Shown here: positions 1-12,074 of the stretch, in pieces | Position numbering within the stretch: position 1 is the first letter of the stretch | Layout: every line of letters begins with the position of its first letter | Assembly: GCF_036321535.1 (NCBI RefSeq) | Contig: NC_087437.1 | Coordinates: 85,810,001-85,874,000 of the forward strand | DNA length: 64,000 nt | Source: Camelus dromedarius | Lineage: Eukaryota | Reading direction: 5' to 3' | Notes under the pieces: generated by a model | What the model was told of the DNA's origin: nothing | Seen by the model: the letters and a program-made list of their open reading frames with translations, nothing else | Database searches by the model: none | Position numbers and translations under genes: made by a program

Positions 1-1475
1 CATCAAGACAGCATGGTATTAGTACAAAAACAGACATATAGACCAATGGAACAGAATAGAGAGCCCAGAAATGAACCCACAAACTTTTGGTCAACTAATC
101 TTCGACAAAGGAGGCAAGAATATACAATGGAATAAAGACAGTCTCTTCAGCAAATGGTGTTGGGAAAACTGGACAGCAGCATATAAAACAATGAAGCTAG
201 AACACTCCCTTACACCATACACAAAAATCAACTCAAAATAGATCAAAGACTTAAACGTAAGACAAGATACAATAAACCTCCTAGAGGAAAATATAGGCAA
301 AACATTATCTGACATACATCTCAAAAATTTTCTCCTAGAAGAAATAAAAGCAAGAATAAACAAATGGGACCTAATGAAACTTACAAGCTTCTGCACAGCA
401 AAGGAAACCATAAGTAAAACAAACAAAAAAAAAAACCTACAGAATAGGAGAAAATCTTTGCAAATGAAACCAACAAAGGCTTGATCTCCAGAATATATAA
501 GCAGCTCATAAAGCTTAATAAGAAACAACCAAACAACCCAATCCAAAGATGGGCAAAAGACCTGAACAAGCAATTCTCCAAGGAAGACATACAAATGATC
601 AATAGGCACATGAAAAAATGCTCAATATCACTAATTATCAGAGAAATGCAAATCAAAACTACAAGGAGGTATCACCTCACACCAGTCAGAATGGCCATCA
701 TTCAAAAATCCACAAATGACAAATGCTGGAGAGGCTGTGGAGAAAAGGGAACCCTCCTGCACTGCTGGTGGGAATGCAGTTTGGTGCAGCCACTGTGGAA
801 AACAGTGTGGAGATTCCTCAAAAGACTAGGAACAGACTTACCGTATGACCCAGGAATCCCGCTCCTTTGCATATATCCAGAAGGAACCCTACTCCAAAAT
901 GACACCTGCACCCCAATGTTCATAGCAGCACTATTTACAATAGCCAAGACATGGAAACAGCCTAAATGTCCATCAACGGATGACTGGATAAAGAAGAAGT
1001 GTTATATTTATACAATGGAATACTATTCAGCCATGAAAACGGACAACATAATGCCATTTGCAGTAACATGGATGCTTCTAGAGAATGTCATTCTAAGTGA
1101 AGTAAGACAGAAAGAGAAAGAAAAATACCATATGAGATTGCTCATATGTGGAATCTAAAAAACAAAAACAAAAACAAAAGCATAAATACTAAACAGAAAT
1201 AGACTCATAGACATAGAATACAAACTTGTGGTTGCCAAGGAGGTGGAGGTTGGGAAAGGATAGATGGGATTTTAAAATTGTAGAATAGATAAAGAAGATT
1301 ATACTGTATAGCGCAGGGAAATATACACAAGATCTTATGGTAGCTTACAGAGAAAAAAATGTGACAATGAACATATATATGTCCATGTATAACTGAAAAA
1401 TTGTGCTCTACACTGGAATTTGACACAACATTGTAAAATGATTATAAGCCAATAAAAAATGTTAAAAAATTTAAA
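1..1475 (+). mobile_element. Young LINE-1, 3' part (ORF2 C-terminus, 3' UTR, short A-tail); continues left of the window
   Basis: ORF 481-1158 encodes the L1 ORF2 C-terminal region ([41 protein letters not shown]). 3' UTR ends with AATAAA at 1451-1456. Upstream ORF2 is disrupted (TAG near 239, A-run expansion at 421-434). Confidence 0.97.
481..1158 (+). pseudogene. L1 ORF2p C-terminal (cysteine-rich) remnant, not an intact gene
   Basis: 225-aa ORF in the track matches known ORF2p motifs; the reading frame is broken upstream. Confidence 0.9.
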
Positions 1476-2944
1476 TTATCCCTCTTTTAACATTTTACTG
1501 ACATAACATTTAATATCTGGATATAGGGAAGCATACAAATGACTAGATGAGTCTCTCTCTCTTCATATGAATATCTAAATAATGAGCTTAACATTTCTTT
1601 TGACAAAATTGAAACATCATTATCTATCTATCTGGCATAAATTCAGCCATAAGTAAGGAAAATACCTTAGCCAAGAATGTGTGGCTGGGTTGGAAATACA
1701 GTTGATGGATTTAAGAATGTGAAATGTATACATGTATATGTGGTCAAAATTGGAGACTTATAAATCCACAGATGGTGAAGTCAGAAGAAAAATGACTAAG
1801 AGTTAAATCCAATCCAAATATAGAATAATAATTTATGATGATGAAAGTTTCATGGCAGAGGGTACTCATACAATGGAATCAACACGAAAAAGTTAACTAG
1901 TCTCCACCATGCATGAGCCATAACACAGACTCTTACTTTCCAATAAATTGAGTACTCAACAGTGTTTAGCACCAAACTGGAAATGTGTGCTATTTTAACA
2001 AGGCATTGTTTCAAGACTTCATTGTTCATTAGGCCATTGAGCAAGCACCAGGTTACAGAAGAAAGAAGATGGATAATCTTTTACAGAATAGATCAACCTG
2101 TCCACTTGATTTGAAACTCTTCATAAAGGTTTTTTTTTTTTTGTAAATATTCACATGGGATATGAAAGTTTTCAATTCTGAGTCTATTCCAAAATGCCCA
2201 TTCCCATATGCTTTCCAAAATTTCTGCTCAAAATTACTAATTCCAAACCATTTACAATCTGGCATAAGAGTCTGAATTCCCTATATAAGAATTGGTATAA
2301 GCTTTGGTGTCTGTCTGCTTAAGAGTTTAGTAAAATCTGGTCCCATATAGACCACTTAATGTTGAAATGCTGAAAGTAACACTTAAGTTTTCCACTGGGT
2401 AGATACAATGACCATTAGTTCATGATGGGCTTTTTGCCATACCTGGACACCTCGCTGACTCATGGTCAGGCATTTTAAACTCACCAGAGTCTGGAAGAAG
2501 AAGAATTTGGTCAAAATGAATCTATTGAAGATGGCACAGTCTTTACTGAAATCACAGAGGACTCCTCAGTAAATCTCCTATTTACCACAGGTTCCAAACA
2601 GCATTTCAATCGCCTGATAACTTAATATCTAGCCAATTATTCGATTCAAGTGAACAAACAGTCATGTTATACTCTAAACCATCTGAAGGATTATTTTACT
2701 CTAGGATCAAATCAAACCTTAAAGCTTTGTTTATTAAATTAATCAGAGACAGGCATCTAAAATGGATATGCAGTGACTCTAGCAGATGTCTCTGTCTTCG
2801 TGGTAGGTAAGCAAAGGATCCTCTATCTTGAAGAGGTTAACAAGAATGTCCTAGAACACTGAAAACTTACTTATATTACAGGTATCTTATGCTATTCCTA
2901 CCTTATTTGTGTCTTAACTCCTAATGGGCTTGTCTAATCAAGTC

Positions 2945-3145
2945 ATAATGATTACAGCTAACATTTATTCTCTCTTGCTATGTGCCAGTTACTCTTTTAA
3001 GTGTCTAAGCACTTTAAATATATTAACTCACTGGAAGTCCACACAACTCCATGTGACAGCCACTATTATTATGGAGAAGAGAAATAACATACAAAAACGT
3101 GTCCCAAGCCATATAACTAGTAAGTAATGGAGCTCAGTTTAGACC
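2945..3145 (-). mobile_element. MIR SINE relic
   Basis: acagctaacatttatt...ctatgtgccag...ctaagcactttaaatatattaactca resembles the reverse-complement MIR 3' end. Confidence 0.6.
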
Positions 3146-5262
3146 ATGTATTTTTCTCTCCAGGTCATCCTTACTCCTTTGTCTTTTAAAACCTCCTTTC
3201 ACTTTATTTCCCTTTCCCCTTTCTTCCCTCCATTCAGTTCATGACATGGGACTTACAAACCTGTTTCTTTGGGAGACATGGTATTTTAATTTTGTCTTAG
3301 CACACACTTCATGGCACCCTAAATAGACCTTCCTTTGCACTATGCACAAAAAGTGAATGACTATAAGAGTGGTTTGTAGCCTGAGTTATTATCTTTTACT
3401 CTCTACTCGCCTCCTTTTGGCTTAAATATCATAGATTTACCATGAAATTTAAGTAAATTAATCACAAGGATATTGCTAATATAAGAAAAAATGCATCAAT
3501 TAATTTTTTGCCCAGTATAAAACATTTACTTTCTTAATGTATTGGGGAAATCATAATATAACCACCAAATATCATTGAGAAAATTTTTTCCCAGAAAACT
3601 CCCAGAATGCAACCTTCAGGCATACCCTGGTGATAGATGCCTAACAGTTCTTGAATTTCTCTTACTCCCTAGTTCCCACCATTAGGCATCCCCTGCTTCA
3701 TTTCCTATAAGTATCACAAGATACAAGAACCAGGTCATTGTTTTCAGTGAACAGCATGAACTACTCCTCATTTCTTCACCTTTCCCTAAATTAAACTGTT
3801 GTCCTCCTGAACACCTGAACAGAGAGTGATTTTTTTTTTCCCGACAAGTGGTTTGTTAAGAAAACTCCTGTGATGGATCAGGGATTAGTGCTAGTGACAA
3901 GCTGACGATAACATAGTCCTTGTCTGGGAATGTCATGTTTAGTGCTGAGTGATTCATAATAAGTTGAAAATCTCCTTCTGCCCTTCCCCCATCATCTGCC
4001 AAATGTTCCTGTAGGTATAATCACTCACTCACCCATTGCTTAGGCAGTGACATGTAATTAAAATGGTATCATACAAGCAAGATGAGAACGTGTGAATTCC
4101 TGTCAGAGAATAACAAGTGGCAAAATACTGCAGAGCACATCTTGTTTTATTTGTCTTAATTTTCAATCAAGCTTGATAAAGCAAATGTTTACAAAAGAAC
4201 TAAGCTACCCATGTTAAAAGATGAATGCCAACATATGTTTATAAGTGAGCACATAGCCTACCTATATTCATTCAGCATTCAAACACTGAAAACATATTGA
4301 ACATTTACTGAGCACTAAATATATACATCCCCTGGCCCTAAAGAAAAAAAATAATAATGATTATCTTCGGATTGGTAAAATTTCAGGTGATTTTTAAAAT
4401 ATCTATTACTTACTTTTAGGTTTTTACAATGATTTTCTTTACAAATATTGAAAAATCACTAAATTTTAAAACTATAAACTTGAATATATAACGACACAAG
4501 GAGTCTTTTATTTCACTTATCATCTACTAAAGTTAACTTATCATCTGCTAAAGATTCCAAAGAGAGTAAAAATGAGTTAATAATCATTAGCTAGCTTCTA
4601 TTTTAATGTTTACCAAAAAATAAGGACTATATTGTGCATCTCCATAAATAACAATGCTAGAAGAATAGGTTTCAGGCATGACCAAGATTCTGGCCTTTTA
4701 GAAAAATCATATACTAGGAAAATGACCTGTGCCATCTCTGATTGCAAACTCAGTCTTTTATCCTCACTGGAATTCTAGTCACTTTAATTGAGTGAAAATT
4801 GACTCAGGAATATCCTACCTGTTGAGCAAGTAGGTAGAGAGTCAATTTCCTGATTACTTGAAAGGGGCCAATAGGGCATATAAACCCCTATGAAGATGGC
4901 AAAGGGAAATTCTTGAAGAATCTGATGGTGTCTTCATCACTGTCAGGTGCATACTGGCACAGCACTTTGATGGGACCTAAAGGCAAATGACTCTTTCCAA
5001 ATTGCAAGAAGTGTTACTGTGTTTTTGCCTCTGTGCAGCTATCTCAGTGAGACATTGTTTTATTCTTACTTACTTTAAGTGAACATATATCTTTTGGCTG
5101 TGAATGTTAGTATCTTTCCATTAATTACATCATGCTACATCCAGTGCAGCTCGGGACCGTATCTGAGGACGGGTGACGCAAGACTTAAGAAACAAAGAGA
5201 CAAAGTAAACAGACTTAAGAAACAAAGAGACAAAGTAAAGAGCAAAGTAAAGAGCAAAGATG

Positions 5263-6122
5263 TATCCAGAAGGAACCCTTCTTCAGGATGACGCCTGCAC
5301 CCCAATGTTCATAGCAGCACTATTTACAATAGCCAAAACATGGAAACAGCCTAAATGTCCATCAACAGGTGACTGGATAAAGAAGAAGTGGTATATTTAT
5401 ACAATGGAATACTACTCAGCCATTAAAAACTGACAACATAATGCCATTTGCAGCAACATGGATGCTCCTAGAGAATGTCATTCTTTTTTTTTTTTTTAAC
5501 ATTTTTTATTGATTTATAATCATTTTACAATGTGTCAAATTCCAGTGTTCAGCACAATTTTTCAGTCATTCATGGACATATACACACTCATTGTCACATT
5601 TTTTTCTCTGTAAGTTATCATAACATTTTGTGTATATTTCCCTGTGCTATATACAGTGTAATCTTGTTTATCTATTCTACAATTTTGAAATCCCAGGTTA
5701 TCCCTTCCCACCCTGAGAATGTCATTCTAAGTGAAGTAAGCCAGAAAGAGAAAGAAAAATACCATATGAGATCGCTCATATGTATAATCTAAAAAACAAA
5801 AGCAAAAACAAACAAACAAAAACAAAGCATAAATACAGGACAGAAATAGACTCATAGACAGAGAATACAGACTTGTGGTTGCCAGGGGGGTGGAGGGTGG
5901 GAAGGGATAGACTGGGATATCAAATTGTAGAATAGATAAACAAGATTATATTGCATAGCACAGGGAAATATACACAAAATGTTATGGTAGCTCACAGAGA
6001 AAAAATGTGACAATGAGTGTGTATATGTCCATGTATGACTGAAAAATTGTGCTGAACACTGGAATTTGACACAACATTGTAAAATGATTATAAATCAATA
6101 AAAAATGTTTAAAAAAAAAAAA
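5263..6122 (+). mobile_element. 5'-truncated young L1 (ORF2 end, 3' UTR, poly-A)
   Basis: Closely similar to 873-1470. Poly-A at 6111-6122. TSD agcaaagatg at 5253-5262 and 6123-6132. Confidence 0.95.
5485..5714 (-). mobile_element. Short L1 3'-UTR insertion nested, inverted, inside the L1 above
   Basis: Poly-T at 5484-5497, reverse complement of the L1 3' UTR, perfect 14-bp TSD gagaatgtcattct at 5471-5484 and 5715-5728. Confidence 0.96.
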
Positions 6123-7446
6123 AGCAAAGATGGAACCAGGGGACTCAAGATCTCGTAGATCTAGAGCACCGAAAGCCTAGTCAACATCGTATTTATTAGG
6201 AGTATACAGCTCAGAAAAAAATGCGATCAAAGAGGTGGGGCTTTAGATATTTCATGTGATAAGCACTAAGTTCTGCTTGCTGGTTAACTGATTAATTTCA
6301 GGCCTATCCCTTCCAGGAACAATCACCCTCCTCAGGGTATGCAAATTTTCTAAGTCTATCCTGTTACTGCCTCCAGGACATCTTGAGATAGCAAATGCTT
6401 CCCTTGGGTTAAACAGCACAGCTTTCATGCCAGAACAAAGTTCTGTTAATGGATGATCTGGCTTTCCAGGACCGTCCATTGTTTTACCCTAAGGAAATAT
6501 CTTCCCTCCTTCGTGCCCTTACAGTCAATCTCAGGATTGCCCCTCACAAATTTTCTTTAGCATAATACGTGTTATAGGTCATCCACTGCGTAAAACATTA
6601 AAACAAAGCAAGCACGTGCATTTTAAGCAAGTGTGAATATAATATTTTAAGCTCATGGAAATCTAGGTATGGCTTGTTTTCTTGCTGCTTGTTGTCCAGC
6701 GGCTTATTTTCCAGCAGCTTGTTTCCCAGCAACATCACTATTCCATTGGGACAACAATCCATATGAGATGGAACTTACATATATTTTTTCTTTACTTTAG
6801 CCACTTTAGAATCAAGAATCACACACACACACAAAAATTTCAAGCCTTGAATTATCTAACCTACTGTTGATCCATATGTTTATCTGTGTAGTGGTTGATT
6901 ATTGATTGCCTCCTCAGAAGCATCCCCGATTTCCCTTTTAACAACCTTGATTTCCATTTTTGTAAGTTAATTTTATGCTAAATTCTGCAGTTGCATATGT
7001 AATGCAGGCTAAGCTAACTAAGCATTTCATTCTTCTGGCCATCATGATTGGTTCAGTGGTAAGTATAAGACATGATCCTGTCCACTCAAAGTGAAATTCG
7101 TGATTTACCTGGAAATACTGGGAAAAAAGATTTCCTCTCATTTCTAAAAATAAATAATGAGAAGTAGACCAGGAACTTTTGGAAGACTTTTAGGACCACA
7201 AAGAGAGTTTACTTAGGTATAAAGGAGAGTAACTGAAAATTTTAAAAAGAGAAAAGGAAAGAAAAAAATAAGAAAGAAACTGAGTTCTATGTTAAGTAGC
7301 TGAGTTTTCTTTTCTTTGAAAATAAAAGCACCCATATTTTACATAAATCAATAATCTTGTACAGGACTCTTTGAGAAAATAAAAATATCTAATTGCCTTC
7401 ACATAAAAGTGAAATCTAAATCAGTACTACACTGGCATTCTTTTTT

Positions 7447-8230
7447 GTAACAGGAGAAAAACAAATTTAATTTTGTATTTATAGGAGCTCATAAATATAT
7501 GAGAGTCAAAAGAGTAACCAAAGCAGGCAGCCTTTTACCAGAAAAAACAATTATCTGTGAAGATTTAACAAAGCAAAGGGGTTTGGGCTTGGGGTAGCAA
7601 ATTAATAAAGAAGTAATGAAGTTTGTTTACACAGCCTTCTTAGCCTTGAATTTCCTATCTCTGGTGATAAGATATCTTCTACCTTCTTAATATAGGGGAA
7701 CTAGCTTCACAGGGGAGATTCCTGCTTTCAGGGGGAAAAAGGAGGGTCAGAGTTTCCTTCTTGCTTTAGCTACTTCTTAAGTAACTTTAATTTAAAATAA
7801 TCAAAGTGCCATATTTTGAGGGTAGCATATTTTGCTTGCCCTCAGTCCTGCCTCTGAAACTTTCCCAAGAAGTTTCACTCTAGAAGTTGACTTGGTAGAT
7901 TGTTCCATCTCATTGAACCTGTCTCTTATTCCTGACAACGGATTGCTTCAGATGAATTCATTTCAGGCACTGGTGATGAAGGTGGGCTCCCAAAGTTAGG
8001 CCTATGTTGTGCAAGCTCTCAGATATTTAATAAGAGTCATTTTTGATAAAGCTGCCAAGAACTCTTTAGGCAAGATACCAGGTTGTTTTTCCAAGTGGCT
8101 TTATTGAATCCATAAACTTAGTCTTAGTTCCTTAAAGTTGTCTGGTCAAATCCAAGTCTATGCACACCTATCTCAAATATGACATTCCAGTCAAAGCCTT
8201 GGTAATATAACCACTGTTTTCCAATGTGCC
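7447..8230 (-). mobile_element. ERV1-class (MER34/MER39-like) LTR to 7844, with adjoining internal-sequence remnant
   Basis: Shares taacaggagaaaa and the terminal ...attttgct...c(c/t)(t/a)ca motif with the LTR at 59881-60443. A minus-strand purine tract (agaggcaggac) lies next to the LTR start. Confidence 0.65.
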
Positions 8231-8231
8231 T

Positions 8232-9710
8232 TCACTTAATAAGATCATTTCTAGGTCCATCCATGTTGCTGCAAATGGCATTATTTCATTCTTTTTTACA
8301 ACTGAGTAATATTCCATTGTATGTGTATACCACATCTTCTTTATCCAGTCATCTGTTGATGGACATTAGGTTGTTTCCATGTCTTGGCTATTGTAAATAG
8401 TGCTGCTATGAACACTGCAGTATATGTGTCTTTTTGAATTATATTTTTCTCGAGGTATATATCCAGGAGTGGGATTGCTGGATCATATGGTAAGTCTATT
8501 TCTAGTTTTTTAAGGAAACTCCATACCATCCTCCACAGTGAATGCACCAATTTACACTCCCAACAACAGTGTAGGAGGGTTCCTTTTTCTACATATCCTC
8601 TCTAGCATTTACTATTTATAGACTTTTGAATGACGGCCATTCTGACTGGTGTGAGGTAATATCTCATTATATAGTTTTGATTTGCATTTCTCTAATAATT
8701 AATGATATTGAGCATCTTTTCATGTGCCTGTTGGCCATCTGGATGTCTTTTTATGAGAAATGTCTGGTTAGGTCTTCTGCCCATTTTTTGATTGGGTTGC
8801 TTGTTTTGGGGGATAATAAGCTATATAAGCTGTTTGTATATTTTGGAAATTAGTTCCTTGTCGATCATGTCATTTGCAAATATTTTCTCCCATTCTGTAG
8901 GTTGTCTTTTCATTTTGTTTCTGGTTTCCTTTGCTGTGAAAAAGCTTTTAAGTTTAATTAGGTCCCATTTGTTTATTTTTGCTTTTATTTCCATTACTCT
9001 AGGAGCTAGTTCAAAAAACACATTGCTGCAATTTATGTCAAAGAGTGTTCTGTCTATGTTTTCCTCTAAGAAATTTATAGTATCTGGTCTTAAATCCATT
9101 TTGAGTTTATTTTTGTATATGGTGTTAGAGAACGTTCTAATTTCATTCTTTTACATGTAGCTGGCCAGTTTTCCCAGCATCATTTATTGAAGAGACTATC
9201 TTTTCTCCATTGTATATTCTTGCTTCTTCTGTCATAGATTAATTGACCATAAATACATAGGTTTGTTTCTGGACATTCTATCCTGTTCCATTGATTTATG
9301 TGTCTGTTTTTTCTGCCAGTACCATATTGTTTTGATTACTATAGCCTTGTAGTGTAGTCTGAAATCAGGAAGCGTGATTCCCTCAACTCTGTTCTTCTTT
9401 CTCAAGATTGTTTTGGCTATTTGGGGTCTTTTGTGTTTCCATACAAAAATGTTAACATTTTTGGTTCCAGTTCTGTGAAAAATGTCATTGGTAATTTGAT
9501 AGGGATTGCACTGAAACTGCATATTGCCTTGGGTAGTATGGTCATTTTAACAATATTGATTCTTTCAATCCAAGAACATAGTATACTTTTCCATCTGTTT
9601 GTGTCATTTTCAGTTTCTTTCATCAGTGTCTTATCGTTTTCAAAGTATACTTCCTCTGCCTCTGTAGGTAGGTTTATTCCTAGATATTTTATGCTTTTTA
9701 ATGCTATGTA
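8232..9710 (-). mobile_element. Older L1 ORF2 fragment (post-RT to C-terminus) with frameshifts and no 3' UTR
   Basis: ORFs 8341-8550, 8821-9099, 9232-9522 and 9417-9623 carry ORF2 motifs ([34 protein letters not shown]). Confidence 0.95.
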
Positions 9711-10194
9711 GACCAGTACTCTTGAATCAAAGCTAAATATTACTTATTTAGTGTGCTTATCTATTGCACACGTATTGTAACCTTCCTCACACTTAATTTG
9801 ATTACTGAATTTTTATTTATTTTGGCATATATAAAGACATTTGAGCTATAAAGACCCTTTGTTGTCCTGCCTCACTTGTTTCACTTCTGTTTTTAAGATA
9901 GCACCATTGCTTCTACTTCTACTAGGAATTCTAATTTGAAAGGGAGCTAATGCTATATTTTAAAATCTCAAACTTGATATCAGAAAAAAAAGCTTTTGTT
10001 TCAATTAGAAACAACTTTTCTGTTTGCTTATTCGTCCGTGTAGATACCCCTGGCAACAGACTGTGGGTCAGAATGTTACTTCCTTTTTATAATTCTCCTC
10101 ATCTCCCACAATTGGCTAAAGAAATGAATCCTTCTTCTAGCCCTCTACAGCATTTGATGAGTACCTACTGCAGTATAGTCTATGTATTTGTCTA

Positions 10195-10325
10195 CATGCC
10201 TGTCTCTCTTTCTGGAATGCAAGATTTTTGATGGCAGGGATTATGTCATATTTATCTCAATATTTCCAGGGCTTACTATCGTTCCTGACACATAATAGAT
10301 ACTCAGTAAATAACTGTTAAATTGT
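10195..10325 (+). mobile_element. L2 3'-end relic
   Basis: gatggcagggattatgtc...cctgacacataatagatactcagtaaata resembles the L2 terminal motif. Confidence 0.7.
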
Positions 10326-12074
10326 GTTAAGAGTAGATTTACACAGTGAGACCTGAATTATCTGTTTTTGTTTGGTTCATACAATGAAGAAATTACCACA
10401 GTGAGTCTTCTCTTTCACATTATAAGCATAGCCTCTATGCTGTGCAAACATAGCCTAAGATCAAATTTGTTTTGTTATTTCAGGGAAAATGACAAGCTAA
10501 AGAAGGAAAAGCTTCATTTTTTTTCTAAGACAGTCTACATTTATGTAACTTTCAACCAATAAGATATAGCATTTGTACATCTGAAGGGAATGTTACAATA
10601 AATTCATTTTTGTGGGTAACTTTTGGTCTCAGGCATTATTTTTTATAAACAAATAAATAGAAGAAAGTTTTTAAACATTTATTTGTATTCTAAGGCTCAC
10701 TGGTAATATAAGAAAGAGCACAGATTTGGGGAAATATACTCCACTTGGCTATGATCAAAAATAGAGTATTGTTTATATATTATTCAGCACGGTTTAAGAG
10801 TAATTTTATTGCAGATTTCTTGGCCCATTTAATAACTCTAAATTTGAAAATAACAGTGTAATATATTAAATAATCAGGGCTTTTTTAGACTAATATTTAA
10901 ATCTAAAGGGACAAATTATCCAGCTGTCAAGAGAGCAGATAAAGATATATAGGTAGTTTGTTTTGTTCCAGTCTTTTACAATCCTTCTGTGACTTTCTCT
11001 AAACAAGCAGCTTAAATTCATTGATTGCTCCATCAGGAGAGTAAAAATCAAGATAGTGATTCTCCTTCTCCTTGTATCCCAAACAACATAATGATTAATA
11101 TCCATGGAAAGACACACATTTTATCTCCCAATCATTATAGATCAGATACACACCACTCTTGCTAGGCTCTGCCCAATTTTCTGCCTCCCAGAATTGTGAG
11201 TATAATGAAGTTGTTGTTGCTTCATGCTGCTATGTTTTGGTGTGATTTGTTAGGCAGAAAGAGAAAACTAGAATAAGCCATGAGAAACAGGCATGAACAA
11301 TAATTTGAATCAAGACATTATTTTAACGCCAATGATTATTCTCTAACATAGTATTCACTGATTATTTCCTTCTAGTCATCGAGAAAGAAAGGTTACTCTT
11401 GAAGGTATGACACATATGCTGGATCTACTGACTCACCTGGAGAGAAAACAAGGCTTCTAGGACACCTGCGATGTAACAGATGGCCTGCTAGATCTAATCA
11501 GAGATGGTCCTGGCCTATACAACAGGACTAGAGACCCCTTGTTGCAAAAGGATTCAGTTGTACGTGTTCAACAGGGCCTACGGGGCTTCTACATGCCTTT
11601 ACTCTAGAAAACAAGCAAGTAATAGAGAAGAAACAAAGATGCTTAGGTAAACAGCATAGAGTGTGAATTAATATGCATATAAACATCCACCATATCTGGG
11701 TGTTTCCAAATCCTTCACTTTTTAATAGTAAAATATAGTGGTAATAGCTAGTCCAGATCACCTATACTATGGAAAATAATATACCCCATACTTTTCTTTT
11801 AAAAAAAAAACAAAAAACTTGAATAGGCCTTTTTTTGACCTCCTTATTTTCTCTGTAACAAATTATGTTGAAATGTCAGAACAATCCCTATGTATATAAA
11901 CAGTCCCTTCCCTATGCATGTGCTCTGGGAATATGTCAATAAATTATACAATGCTGACATCTGATTAAAAATAAACATTTCATAGATCTTCTAAGTTTTT
12001 TCCAACATCTGGTAGTATATGAAAAAAATTTTCCATGATTGATAAGATATTTCAAAAACTGTTTATATTTAAGC

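Larger units (their letters stand above)
5133..6548 (-). mobile_element. ERV solo LTR, split by the L1 insertion at 5263-6122
   Basis: Minus-strand TG start (ctcaca at 6543-6548), minus-strand AATAAA (tttatt 6192-6197), U5-like CpG-containing end near 5133-5180. Outer boundaries uncertain; no TSD found. Confidence 0.7.

Noticed and set aside
91..947. Hydrophobic minus-strand ORFs (172, 91, 81 aa) and equivalents at 8626-9711 and 29882-30765
   Set aside because: Antisense frames of L1 ORF2, a common source of spurious membrane-protein calls.
2491..2625. Acidic plus-strand peptide LEEEEFGQNESIEDGTVFTEITEDSS
   Set aside because: No good acceptor, short, no recognised homologue; the GAA run is also explained as a minus-strand pyrimidine tract.
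5181..5240. 30-bp direct repeats as a possible CRISPR array
   Set aside because: Only two adjacent copies, no spacers, no cas genes, mammalian context.
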